DNA of 63,597 nucleotides, the filler included. It is 5 parts of 5 records of this genome, joined end to end, with 100 filler letters (N's around TTAATTAATTAA, not from the genome) between each part and the next. Parts side by side here need not be neighbours in the genome. Positions count along the whole stretch, not along the records: positions 13,727 to 41,404 come from SRR2962707_1162; 4 more parts are not named here. One strand, 5' to 3'. The notes under the pieces are model-generated. The model did not search any database. It saw only the letters and a list, made by a program, of their open reading frames with translations, and was not told the DNA's origin. The position numbers and the translations under genes are program-made. Position 1 is the first letter of the stretch. Each line of letters starts with the position of its first letter. Shown one piece after another: positions 19,784 through 29,695 of the stretch.

Positions 19784-22279
19784 GTGGAAAGGCTGAGTAC
19801 GCGAATTGCCAGAGCCATGATGGCTCATCGCTGGCTGTCGCTGTTTATTCTGGTTGCGGTAACCGTTTTCTTCGGCATGCAGCTCCGGAACGTAGAGCTG
19901 CGCACGATCTTCAGCGATCTGCTGCCGAGTACGCATCCTTTCGTTCAGACCTACAAGGACCACCCGAATTTCGGTAATCCGCTCACCGTCACCGTGATGA
20001 TCAAGCGCACGGACGGCGCGGACATCTACAACGCCGAGACGCTGCAGAAGGTCTGGGACCTGACGCGCGACATCGACCTCGCACCGGCGGTGGACCACGA
20101 CCAGATTCTTTCCGTCGCCACAGAGAAGGCGCGCTACTCGGAAGCAACGCCGAACGGCATCGACTCCCGCCCGATCATGGGTGATCACGCGCCGCGCACA
20201 GCAGAAGAGATCGAGGAATTTCGCAGCCGTCTCCTGAAGTCGCCGAACGTGCGCAACTTCATGGTTTCGGAAGATGAGACCGCAACGCTCATCACCGCAA
20301 CCTTCATCGAGCGCCTGCTCGATTATGGCGTGACCTTCGAATATCTCGATACCCTCGTAAAGGACGCCCGCGACGGCACACACGAAGTCCACATAGCAGG
20401 GCAGCCCGTTCTCACTGGCTGGGTCTATTTCTACGAATTGGAGATGCTCGGCATCTTCGCCGTCACCGGTCTCGCGCTTCTCGTCGCGCTCATTCTCTAC
20501 ATGCGCAACGTGGTCGGCGTCGTCGCGCCGCTGGTGACGAGCATCGTTGCCGCGATTTGGGGCTTTGGTTTTGTCGGCTGGCTGGGTCAGCCGATCGAAC
20601 CGCTCATCATGGTGGTGCCGCTCCTGCTGGTTGCGCGTTCCTTCAGCCATTGCGTGCAGTTCATCGAGCGCTACTACGAAGTCCTGCATCACGTGAAGAA
20701 CCGCCGCCGCGCGGCGGAAATCTCGCTCAGCGTCATGATGGTGCCGGGCGTGCTCGGTATCACGACCGATGCCCTCGGTCTCCTTCTCATCGGTGTCGCC
20801 CCGATCCCGGCCATGGAGCGGTTCGCGCTGTTCTGCGGCTTCTGGGCGATGATGCTCGTTCCGACGAATGTGTTGCTCACGCCACTTCTCATCATGCTGC
20901 TGCCGGAGCCGCGCAACGTGAAGCGCATAGTCGGTGCAGGTGAAGACCAGCAGCGCTTCAGCGGCATCAGACTTCTCCTCCGCGCAATCGGCCGCCTTTC
21001 CATTGGACGGACATCGGTGCTGACCGCGATTGTTGTCGGGACGCTGGCTGTTTTCAGCTTCGGAAAGGTTCTGGACATTCAGGTCGGCAATCCCGTGGAG
21101 GGCAGCAATCTCCTCTGGGAAGATTCCGAGTTCAACACCGCTGTCTCTAAAATCAACAGTCATTTCCCCGGCCTGAACACGCTTGAAATCGTCTTCGAGT
21201 CGAAGTCGCCGGACAGCCTCGACCGCGTCGTGCGCAAGGCCGAAACGGCGCTCACCATGCAGCGACTCCAGCACATGCTGGAAAGCCAGCCAAACCCGCC
21301 CGAGGCGTCGTTGTCCTTCGCCGACTACCTGCCCGAAGCGAACCGTCTGTTCAGTGGCGGCAATCCGAAATGGGCGCCGCTCGATCACGATGACGCTGCG
21401 GTGAGCGCGGCTGCCGGCGCTCTCATGGTGGGAACGGGACCGAAGGCCTTCCTTCACGTCTCTGATTTCGAGCAGCGCAACGGCACGGTGTCGCTCTGGT
21501 ACAAGGACAACAAGCAGGAGACGGTCGATGAGGCGCTGCACCAGGCGCGCGCCGCTCTTGCGATCATCGGCACGGAATTCGACGATTTCCGCGTCCGTCT
21601 CGGCAGCGGCACGATAGCGCTGCAGCAGTCGATCAACGACACGGTCGACCTATACCAGTGGGTTATTCTCGGCCTGCTCAATGCCGTCATTCTCATAACC
21701 TGCAGCATCGCCTATCGCTCGGTCGTCGCCGGTATCCTGCTGCTGATCCCGGTCAATCTGTCGAACCTCTTTCTCGGTGCGGTGATGACCGAAATGGGGA
21801 TTGGGCTCGACGTGAATACGCTGCCCATTGCCGCCATCGGCGTCGGCATCGGTATCGACTACGGCATCTATCTGCTGAGCCGCATTTATGAGGAATACCA
21901 GCTCCGCAATGACATGGCGAAAGCGATCCTCACTGCCGTGACGACAACGGGCAAAGCCATTTTCTTCACGGCGACAATCGTGCTGATCGGCATCCTGCCC
22001 TGGTATTTCCTCTCGGCGCTGAAGTTCCTCGCCGATATGGGGCTGCTGCTGGTGATGGTCATGCTCATCAACATGGTCATTGCGCTCATCGTGGTGCCGC
22101 TTCTGGTCTGGCTGATCCGGCCCCGCTTTATCGAATCCAAGGAATTGATGGTCAGCGAGGGCATCGATCTAGCCGCTCTCGCGGCCGAAGAGAACGACGA
22201 GATGCTCCGCAAGAAAGCCGCGGAGAATGCGAAACACCCGAAAAACGAAATGATCGAAGTGGCCCCGGTCCGGACGTAA
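19784..22279 (+). CDS. RND/MMPL family transporter
   Basis: Two repeats of periplasmic loop plus TM bundle; IGVGIGIDYGIYLLSRI, TTGKAIFFTA; GTG start with RBS ggggag. Confidence 0.9.
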   Translation: MERLSTRIARAMMAHRWLSLFILVAVTVFFGMQLRNVELRTIFSDLLPSTHPFVQTYKDHPNFGNPLTVTVMIKRTDGADIYNAETLQKVWDLTRDIDLAPAVDHDQILSVATEKARYSEATPNGIDSRPIMGDHAPRTAEEIEEFRSRLLKSPNVRNFMVSEDETATLITATFIERLLDYGVTFEYLDTLVKDARDGTHEVHIAGQPVLTGWVYFYELEMLGIFAVTGLALLVALILYMRNVVGVVAPLVTSIVAAIWGFGFVGWLGQPIEPLIMVVPLLLVARSFSHCVQFIERYYEVLHHVKNRRRAAEISLSVMMVPGVLGITTDALGLLLIGVAPIPAMERFALFCGFWAMMLVPTNVLLTPLLIMLLPEPRNVKRIVGAGEDQQRFSGIRLLLRAIGRLSIGRTSVLTAIVVGTLAVFSFGKVLDIQVGNPVEGSNLLWEDSEFNTAVSKINSHFPGLNTLEIVFESKSPDSLDRVVRKAETALTMQRLQHMLESQPNPPEASLSFADYLPEANRLFSGGNPKWAPLDHDDAAVSAAAGALMVGTGPKAFLHVSDFEQRNGTVSLWYKDNKQETVDEALHQARAALAIIGTEFDDFRVRLGSGTIALQQSINDTVDLYQWVILGLLNAVILITCSIAYRSVVAGILLLIPVNLSNLFLGAVMTEMGIGLDVNTLPIAAIGVGIGIDYGIYLLSRIYEEYQLRNDMAKAILTAVTTTGKAIFFTATIVLIGILPWYFLSALKFLADMGLLLVMVMLINMVIALIVVPLLVWLIRPRFIESKELMVSEGIDLAALAAEENDEMLRKKAAENAKHPKNEMIEVAPVRT

Positions 22280-22319
22280 ATCGCCGGAGGGTTCCTGTCC
22301 TGTTGGGAGGAGGAAGGAA

Positions 22320-23699
22320 ATGCGAATTCGGAAATACGACAAAGACTTTACGCGGAGGGCTTTTCTCGAAAAGTCACTGAAGGGCGTGGCCGCAGCGGGT
22401 GTTCTTACGCCGCTCTGGCCGGAGATTGCGCGCTCGGGAACGATCGACAAGGTCTATCCCGACGCGCTTCTCTCGATCGAGCTCTACACGAAAGGGCAGG
22501 TCAAGCCGGGCGATGTCATTACGGCCGACAATGTCGAAGTCGTGAAGGATCTGCTCGACCCCATCGCCTATCGACAGGTGAAGGAGATGGGCCGCCGCAT
22601 CAATATCGTCGAAACGACGACCGATGTGACGAAGCTCTATCCTCACGAATATATGGAGGCGACGATCCGTAACGCGGGTCGTGCGAAATTCGATGCCAAC
22701 GGCAACATCGTCACCGACGAAGGCAAGCCGTGGATCGGGGGCAATCCGTTCCCCGATGCGAAGACGGGCGAAGAAGCCTTCGCGAACCTCACCATGTCCT
22801 GGGGACGGCACGACGAATCCGTCTACGCTGTTCGCGACTGGGACATCTCGCCCGATGGCAATCTGTCCTACCAGTACGACTTCATCTGGGCAGAGCAGAA
22901 CACTGTCGGCCTCGTGAACAAGCCTTCTCCCTATCTCGCGGGAGAAGAAGACAAGCTGCGTTATCAGGCCGTTTGGTTCACATCACCGACAGATGCCAAA
23001 GGCACCGCGTTCCTCAACACCTGGTACTACGACCAGCGTGAGTTCCCGGACCTGCTCGGCTATCTGCCGGCCTTCAAGCGCGTCCGCAACTTTCCGACCA
23101 ATCAGCGCTTCGAACCGCTCGTCCCCGGCATCACGATCTTCCTGTCGGACGCCTGGGCGGCCGGCGACCCGATGCTCACCTGGGGTAACTACAAGGTGAT
23201 CGGAACCAAGCCGCATCTCGGCGCGGTCTCGGGCAACTGGACGGGCAAGAGCAACCCGAACTGGGAGCGCGAGGTTCACGGCGGCCCGAACGGGCAAACC
23301 TTCTTCGAGGACTACAAGGAACTCGTGCCGGAAGTGCTCGTCGTCGAAGCGGAACCGATCGGGTACCCGCGTGCGCCGGTCAGCAAGAAGCGCGTCTATA
23401 TCGACGTGCGCAACATGATGTTCGTCTCGTACCTGACCTACGACCGTCGCGGCGAAATCTGGAAATCCTTCGAACCGGCATTCAGCCAGTACAAGGATGG
23501 CGACACCGCCTACATGGACGGCAATCACCCGCTGTGGTCATGGACACATGTTCACAGCCATGACGTCCAGACCAACCGCATGAGCCGTTTCGTGCAGGCG
23601 AAGAAGATCACCGGCGGCTTCGGGCCCGAATACAACATCGGACCGAGCATCTACGACAAATACCTGACGGCGCAGGCGATCCGCCGTTTCGGCACATAA
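22320..23699 (+). CDS. DUF1329 family periplasmic protein (AupB/LolA-like), Tat signal
   Basis: FTRRAFLEK twin-arginine motif; ITADN, GGNPFPD, YLPAFKRVR, SKKRVYID, YDRRGEIWK. Confidence 0.85.
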   Translation: MRIRKYDKDFTRRAFLEKSLKGVAAAGVLTPLWPEIARSGTIDKVYPDALLSIELYTKGQVKPGDVITADNVEVVKDLLDPIAYRQVKEMGRRINIVETTTDVTKLYPHEYMEATIRNAGRAKFDANGNIVTDEGKPWIGGNPFPDAKTGEEAFANLTMSWGRHDESVYAVRDWDISPDGNLSYQYDFIWAEQNTVGLVNKPSPYLAGEEDKLRYQAVWFTSPTDAKGTAFLNTWYYDQREFPDLLGYLPAFKRVRNFPTNQRFEPLVPGITIFLSDAWAAGDPMLTWGNYKVIGTKPHLGAVSGNWTGKSNPNWEREVHGGPNGQTFFEDYKELVPEVLVVEAEPIGYPRAPVSKKRVYIDVRNMMFVSYLTYDRRGEIWKSFEPAFSQYKDGDTAYMDGNHPLWSWTHVHSHDVQTNRMSRFVQAKKITGGFGPEYNIGPSIYDKYLTAQAIRRFGT

Positions 23700-23755
23700 G
23701 GGCAAGCGCGGGAGTGCGGCTTGCGTGCCGTGCTCCCGTTGGCTTCGGGGGAAAT

Positions 23756-24697
23756 ATGCTGAGAAAAACTGCCATAGCGGTGCTCTTCGTCGTCTTGTTG
23801 CCGTCCGCGCTCGCGGCGGCGGCAAACGATTTGTCTCTGCGCCACACGGGCACGCCGCATGACGCGCTTTTCGACATCGAGTTCGATGGCTCCTACGGCA
23901 TTGCCATTGGTAGCGGCGGTTCGGTGCTGACGAGCGAAGACAGCGGCCTGACTTGGAAGCAGGACCGGCGGCCGGAAACAGAACTCTCGCTACTGGGCGT
24001 GGCCGTCGACGGTGGCCGCCGCTTCATTGTCGGTCAGTCCGGCGAGATATTTCGCTCCGGCGATGGTGCGTGGACAAAGCTGGAAAGCGGCACCGACGCC
24101 CGTCTTTTTCAGGTTGCCCTCGGCTCGGATGGCCTTGTCGCCGTCGTTGGCGGCTTCGGCACCATCCTGATCTCGCAGGACGATGGCGCGAGCTGGACCT
24201 CTCCCGACCTCGACTGGATGGAAATTCTCGACGACTACGTCGAACCTCATCTCTATGCGGTTCGCGTTGCCGGGAATGTCGTCCTCGTCGCGGGAGAGTT
24301 CGGCCTCGTCGTTCGCTCCGAAGATCGCGGGGCGACATGGTCTGTGGTGCACAGGGGCGAGGAATCGATTTTCGCCTTCGCCTTCGGGGAGGGCGGGCAG
24401 GGCCTCGCGGTCGGCCAGACAGGGCTCGTCATGAGCACGCTGGATGGCGGGCGGTCGTGGCGCAAGCACGAATCTCTCGGCGAAACAAATCTGCTTGGTA
24501 TCTGGCGGTCAGGCGCGCGCGCCTTCGCTGTCGGCATTCGCGGCAGCTACGCGAGCAACGATGGCGGGCAAAACTGGAAGCCCGTGAATCGCAGCGACAT
24601 CGAAACCGGATGGTATCAGGCGGTCGCCTCGTCGGCGGCCCGCGACAAGCCGGTGCTTGTCGGTCATCGCGGAAGAATTCTGGAAATGGATGAGTGA
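23756..24697 (+). CDS. YCF48/BNR-repeat beta-propeller protein
   Basis: Signal peptide; Asp-box repeats SEDSGLTW, SQDDGASW, SEDRGATW, TLDGGRSW, SNDGGQNW. Confidence 0.9.
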   Translation: MLRKTAIAVLFVVLLPSALAAAANDLSLRHTGTPHDALFDIEFDGSYGIAIGSGGSVLTSEDSGLTWKQDRRPETELSLLGVAVDGGRRFIVGQSGEIFRSGDGAWTKLESGTDARLFQVALGSDGLVAVVGGFGTILISQDDGASWTSPDLDWMEILDDYVEPHLYAVRVAGNVVLVAGEFGLVVRSEDRGATWSVVHRGEESIFAFAFGEGGQGLAVGQTGLVMSTLDGGRSWRKHESLGETNLLGIWRSGARAFAVGIRGSYASNDGGQNWKPVNRSDIETGWYQAVASSAARDKPVLVGHRGRILEMDE

Positions 24698-24756
24698 GCC
24701 GAAGGGGCTCGGAACTGATTGCAACCCGTCACGGGTTATCCAAGGGAGGGGAGAAC

Positions 24757-26511
24757 ATGTCTCGTACTAGTATCGGGATTGGAAGGGGGCTTTTCGCGGG
24801 CATCGCTTTTGCCGCGATAGCAGTTGCGACCGGCGCTGAGGCGGCGGACTACAACGTACAGGGCTTTATCCGCCAGGAACCAGCGATCAAGCTGACTGAC
24901 GAAGAGAATCCGTACAATCAGCAAGGCAACATCTACAACGGTGTGGCCGTTACGCAGGACTCGACACTGCTCGCCGGTGGCGTCACGACGACGACACGGC
25001 CCATCGACCGCGCCGACAACACGTTCAATTTGATGGCAACGCGTCTCGAAGTCGACTTCCAGGCGAACTTCAACGAGAACTGGAACGGCTTCGCGCGCTT
25101 CCGCGGCTATTTCCAGCCGGACGTCTTCGACGGATACGGCGATCCGGAATTTTTTGAGACCGATCTTTGGAGCGGTGGCCGGGGCACCTTCCTCGAAGCC
25201 AACGGCCGGAACTACATGGTCGATCTGCCGGCCCTCTATCTCGACTATTCGGAAGGCCCGTTCTGGCTGCGTATGGGCAACCAGCAGATTGCATGGGGCG
25301 AGTCGCTCTTCTTCCGTGTGCTGGACGTCCCGAACGGCCTAGACCTGCGCCGTCATCTTCTGCTCGATCTTGTGGCAGAAGAATTCGCGGACGAGCGTGT
25401 CGCGGCACCGGGTATTCGCGGTTCCTACCGCGTGACAAACGACATCGAGATCGAAGCGTTCACACAACTCTTCAGCCCGTCGGTGCTCGCCAATCCGGAC
25501 ACGCCCTATAACGTGATCCCGTCGCAGTTCACGATCCATCAGCAGGAAGGTTTCGACGACGCCGAATGGTCTTCGAACGTCGGTGGCCGTGTGCAGGCGC
25601 AGTTCGGCGATCTCGCCGTGCAGGCGATAGCCGTCAACCGCCGCAACCCGGATGGTGTTTTCCACTGGACGGATTCGCGTGCGGGCATTCTTTCCGGCAC
25701 ACCTTTCTCCATGAGCAGAACGGGTGTCCACTCCGCACAGGAATGGTTCACCTATGCGGGCATGGCGCGTTTGGACGGCTTCGCCGGGTTCAACACTGCC
25801 ATTCGCGAATTCCAGCCTGCGACGGGTGGTCTTGGTGCGGTAGAACTGCCAAATCAGACGCTGGTTGCTGCGGAACTCGATCTCTTCTTCCAGGGCCTTG
25901 GCCCGCTTCGCGGCCACATCGCGCGCGTCTACCCGCGCGAAAGCATCCTCGGCCTCGGCGCGAACTACGTCGTGAACGCAGGCTCCGGTTCCTTCTTCGA
26001 CCAGCTCGTCATCCGAAGCGAACTGACATGGACCCCGGACAAGGTCTTCACAAGCCCGGACCTGAGCCGCAGCCACATTGAAGAGGATGAATACGTCGCC
26101 TCGCTCGTCTTCGAGAAGTATCACCGCTTCTCGCAGGAGTTTCCGGCGACGTTCATGGTGCTGCAGTACCTCTTCAAGTCGGAAAGCGACATGTTCGGCC
26201 GCCACCTCGACGGCATGGGCGCAACCGGTGCGCGGGCAAGCGGCCTGCCGACCGGCGAAGACTCGTTCAACGCGGTCGCCTTCGCCTTGCAGCAGCCGTT
26301 CCCGAATCTGATCTGGCGTGCGGATTTCTCCGTTCTCTACGACCTGAACGGCGGCGCGCTGGTCCAGCCGGGCCTCAAGTGGAAGCCGAACGAGGCTTGG
26401 ACGGCGGAAGTCTTCGCCAACGTCACGCTCTCGGACGGTGGCAATGACGACATCGTGGATACGATCGACTGGGCAGACGAACTGACATTCCGCATTACCT
26501 ATCAGTTCTGA
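24757..26511 (+). CDS. DUF1302 family outer-membrane beta-barrel (AupA-like)
   Basis: Signal peptide ending AEA; LRMGNQQIAWGE; C-terminal barrel signature FRITYQF; gene context. Confidence 0.85.
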   Translation: MSRTSIGIGRGLFAGIAFAAIAVATGAEAADYNVQGFIRQEPAIKLTDEENPYNQQGNIYNGVAVTQDSTLLAGGVTTTTRPIDRADNTFNLMATRLEVDFQANFNENWNGFARFRGYFQPDVFDGYGDPEFFETDLWSGGRGTFLEANGRNYMVDLPALYLDYSEGPFWLRMGNQQIAWGESLFFRVLDVPNGLDLRRHLLLDLVAEEFADERVAAPGIRGSYRVTNDIEIEAFTQLFSPSVLANPDTPYNVIPSQFTIHQQEGFDDAEWSSNVGGRVQAQFGDLAVQAIAVNRRNPDGVFHWTDSRAGILSGTPFSMSRTGVHSAQEWFTYAGMARLDGFAGFNTAIREFQPATGGLGAVELPNQTLVAAELDLFFQGLGPLRGHIARVYPRESILGLGANYVVNAGSGSFFDQLVIRSELTWTPDKVFTSPDLSRSHIEEDEYVASLVFEKYHRFSQEFPATFMVLQYLFKSESDMFGRHLDGMGATGARASGLPTGEDSFNAVAFALQQPFPNLIWRADFSVLYDLNGGALVQPGLKWKPNEAWTAEVFANVTLSDGGNDDIVDTIDWADELTFRITYQF

Positions 26512-26657
26512 ACCCCGTCGTCGTTCTTCCGCCCGGAAGCCGGTGCCGGCTGCACAAAGCCATTTCGAAACGTGGCGCTTGTGTATCCCCAAAGCACGCA
26601 TCGGCTTCCGGGCGGACCTCGCTTCGGCGGACCGAAAGGCAATTGACGGAGAGAACC

Positions 26658-28034
26658 GTGCATATCCGGCGCTTCACGCATGACTATTCGCGCCGCCTGT
26701 TCCTGCAGCGGCTCGCCTCCGGTGTGGTGAGCCTCGGCGTTACAGCTCCGCTCTGGCATACGCTGGCGGCCCATGGCGACGCCTCCCGCGCCTATCCCGA
26801 CGAACTCCTCTCCATCGAGGCCTATACCAAGGGGGCGGTCTCCACCGGCGACCGCATCACCGCGGACAATGTCGATCTGGTGAAGGACCTCCTCGATCCG
26901 ATCCGATACCGCCAAATAAAGGAGATGGGGCGCGTATTGGAAATCGTCGCGCCGACCACCGACCTGATGGCGTTGAGCCCGTGGGAGTATCTGGAAGCGA
27001 CATTGCGCAACAAGGGCAAGGCGCGCTTCGACAAGACCGGCAACGTCGTCACCCTCGACGGCGAACCATGGATCGGCGGCAATCCCTTTCCCGATCCCCA
27101 AAGTGCACTGGAAATTTTCGCGGCCCTCACGCTGAGCTGGGGACGGCACGACGTTTCGGTCTATGCCACGCGCGAATACGATCTCGCCCCCGATGGCGTC
27201 GTCGATTACACATATGAATCTGTCTGGGCGGAGCTGGCGCCTGTCGGTCGCGTCGTCGTGGAGCCCAAGCCTTATTGGCCGGAGTTCAAGGACAAGCTCC
27301 GCTTTCAGTCGATTGCCTTCACCTATCCGAATGAAGAGAAGGGGACGTCGTTTCTCAATATCTGGCCCTACGACCAGAACGAGTTTCCTGAACTCTACGG
27401 ATACCTGCCTGCCTTCAAGCGCATCCGGCGCTTTCCGACGAACCAGCGTTTTGAGCCGCTGATCGCAGGCTCGACCATGTATCTCTCGGACGCATGGGCC
27501 GCCGGCGATCCGCTTCACACCTGGGGGAATTACAAACTGGTGCATCAGGGGCCTGCGCTCGCCGCCTTGTCCGATGGCTGGGAGCCCGCACACCCGAACT
27601 GGGAGCACAAGACACATGGCGGTGCGAACGGCGTCAGCTTCTGGGATACGAAGGTTCAGCTCGTGCCCGAGGCGCTGGTCGTGGAGGCGGAGCCCGTTCG
27701 CTTTGCGCGCGCGCCCGTCGGAAAGAAGCGCGTCTGGTTCGACGCCCGCACCATGCTGCCCTTCGTCATGGTGTCCTTCGACCGGAACGGCGAAGTCTTC
27801 CGCTCCTTCGACGGCGCTTTTTCTCAGTACAAGAAGGGCGGGGAGGCCGTCATGGACGGCGCGCATCCCTATTGGTCATGGACGCATGTCCACGCGCACA
27901 ATATCCAGACGAACCGGATCACGCGGCTCGAGCAGGTGAAGCGCATCACCGGTGGCCACACGATGATGGTCAACGACCAGTCGGCCTATGATCGCTACCT
28001 GACGACGACGGCGCTCCGCCGTTTCGGCATGTAG
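26658..28034 (+). CDS. Second DUF1329 family protein, Tat signal
   Basis: YSRRLFLQR; colinear paralogue of 22320..23699 (PWIGGNPFPD, FPTNQRFEPL, WSWTHVH). Confidence 0.85.
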   Translation: MHIRRFTHDYSRRLFLQRLASGVVSLGVTAPLWHTLAAHGDASRAYPDELLSIEAYTKGAVSTGDRITADNVDLVKDLLDPIRYRQIKEMGRVLEIVAPTTDLMALSPWEYLEATLRNKGKARFDKTGNVVTLDGEPWIGGNPFPDPQSALEIFAALTLSWGRHDVSVYATREYDLAPDGVVDYTYESVWAELAPVGRVVVEPKPYWPEFKDKLRFQSIAFTYPNEEKGTSFLNIWPYDQNEFPELYGYLPAFKRIRRFPTNQRFEPLIAGSTMYLSDAWAAGDPLHTWGNYKLVHQGPALAALSDGWEPAHPNWEHKTHGGANGVSFWDTKVQLVPEALVVEAEPVRFARAPVGKKRVWFDARTMLPFVMVSFDRNGEVFRSFDGAFSQYKKGGEAVMDGAHPYWSWTHVHAHNIQTNRITRLEQVKRITGGHTMMVNDQSAYDRYLTTTALRRFGM

Positions 28035-28042
28035 CCGGTCGA

Positions 28043-29173
28043 TTATTCTCCGGGTTCGACCCTGAGCACGCTGCCGCCCTCGCCATCGGTCACGATATAG
28101 AGGTAGCCGTCCGGCCCCGTCCGCACATCGCGGATACGCTTGCCGAGATCGCCGAAGAGTTCTTCCTGGCCCACCGGTTCGCCGTTCTCCATGTCGACCC
28201 GGCGGACATGCTCTCCGGCCAGGGCACCGACGAAGAGATCGCCGTCCCATTGCGGAAACGCACTGCCGCGATAAAGCGTGAAGCCTGCGGGTGCAATCGA
28301 AGGCGTCCAGTGGAGCAGGGGCTGCTCCATGCCCTCATATTCCGTGTAGGGCGAAATCCGCGCGCCGGAATAGTCGATGCCCCAGGTGATGACGGGCCAG
28401 CCGTAATTCTTGCCCGCCTCGATGACGTTGATTTCGTCGCCGCCCTGCGCGCCATGCTCATGTTCATAGACGCGGCCCGACGCTTCATCATAGAGCAGGC
28501 CTTGTTCGTTCCGGTGGCCATAGCTCCAGATTTCCGGCCGCGCGCCTTCCTGCCCGATGAAGGGATTGTCGTCCGGCGCGTTTCCGTTCCGGTCGATGCG
28601 GATGATCTTGCCGAGATGCGAGTCGCGCTTCTGCGCTTCCTCGCGGTAGTCGAAACCGTCGCCAATCGTCACCAGCAGCGTGCCGTCCGGCAGGAATGTC
28701 ATGCGTCCGCCATAATGGACGGGCGTGTCCTTCGTCGGCGTCGCATCGAAAATGACCTTCAGGTCGCTGAGCGTCGCGCCGTCGAAATGCGCCCGCGTCA
28801 CCCGCGTGCCGTTGCTGTCTGGATTGCCATGCGCGTAGGAGAGATAAACGAAGCTGTTCTCCTCGAAATCGGGATCGAGAATCACATCGAACAGGCCACC
28901 CTGGCTTTCGAAATAGACCGGCGGTACGCCCCCCACGGGGTCGCCTGCCAGTTCGCCGTCGCGGACGACACGGATATGGCCGGAAAGCTCGACCACCAGC
29001 ACCGACCCATCGGGCATGAAGGTGAGGCTCCACGGATGATCCAGTCCTTCTGCCACCGGAACGACAGTGTAGGCCGGTTTTTCCTGCGCCAGCGCATGGC
29101 CGCCTGTCGCAATGAGTGAAACCGCGATTGCTGCCCTTGTCAGCGCCCGCATCCGCCGTGCCCGTTTCGCCAT
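28043..29173 (-). CDS. PQQ-dependent aldose sugar dehydrogenase (YliI/Asd family)
   Basis: GLDHPWSL, QGGLFDV, HYGGR, WSYGHRNEQG, EHGAQGGDEIN, RIRDVRTGPDG. Confidence 0.92.
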   Translation of the reverse strand: MAKRARRMRALTRAAIAVSLIATGGHALAQEKPAYTVVPVAEGLDHPWSLTFMPDGSVLVVELSGHIRVVRDGELAGDPVGGVPPVYFESQGGLFDVILDPDFEENSFVYLSYAHGNPDSNGTRVTRAHFDGATLSDLKVIFDATPTKDTPVHYGGRMTFLPDGTLLVTIGDGFDYREEAQKRDSHLGKIIRIDRNGNAPDDNPFIGQEGARPEIWSYGHRNEQGLLYDEASGRVYEHEHGAQGGDEINVIEAGKNYGWPVITWGIDYSGARISPYTEYEGMEQPLLHWTPSIAPAGFTLYRGSAFPQWDGDLFVGALAGEHVRRVDMENGEPVGQEELFGDLGKRIRDVRTGPDGYLYIVTDGEGGSVLRVEPGE

Positions 29174-29248
29174 TGGCTGTTTCCCGTCCCGTCTGGTGAT
29201 ATTTTATGCAATCATACCGCTAGAACGCGGACGAAAGAAATCGTGAGG

Positions 29249-29695
29249 ATGGAAATGGGCATTATCAGGGTCGTTCTGGCCTTTGTTCTGGCGGTTGTAG
29301 TGACCACGGTGCTGGGCGCCGTTGCCCATACGCAATTCGTCCTCGGACGGCTTGCGGATCTGGGCGTTGCTGTTCCTTTCTCCGAGCGTCTCTCCATGAC
29401 GCTGCACGACATCGCGGGCATGGGCCCCATGTTCGGTGCCATCATCGGGCTCGGCTTCCTGGTCGCGATGGCGGCGGGGGCGCTTGTCTTCTGGTTCGCA
29501 GGCGTTCAGCGCATGCTGGTCTATGCCGTCGCAGGTGCCGTCGCGGTCGCTGCCGCTCTCACCCTGATGGGCGTGGTCTACGACATCACACCGATAGCGG
29601 GCGCCCGCTCGACAGCCGGTTTCATCGCCCAGATGGTCGCCGGTGCGCTTGGCGGCCTCGTCTTCGCGCGTGTCTCCGCGCCGCAGGCCGCCTAG
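29249..29695 (+). CDS. Small multi-pass membrane protein, unknown function
   Basis: About four hydrophobic segments; divergent from the PQQ dehydrogenase. Confidence 0.7.
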   Translation: MEMGIIRVVLAFVLAVVVTTVLGAVAHTQFVLGRLADLGVAVPFSERLSMTLHDIAGMGPMFGAIIGLGFLVAMAAGALVFWFAGVQRMLVYAVAGAVAVAAALTLMGVVYDITPIAGARSTAGFIAQMVAGALGGLVFARVSAPQAA

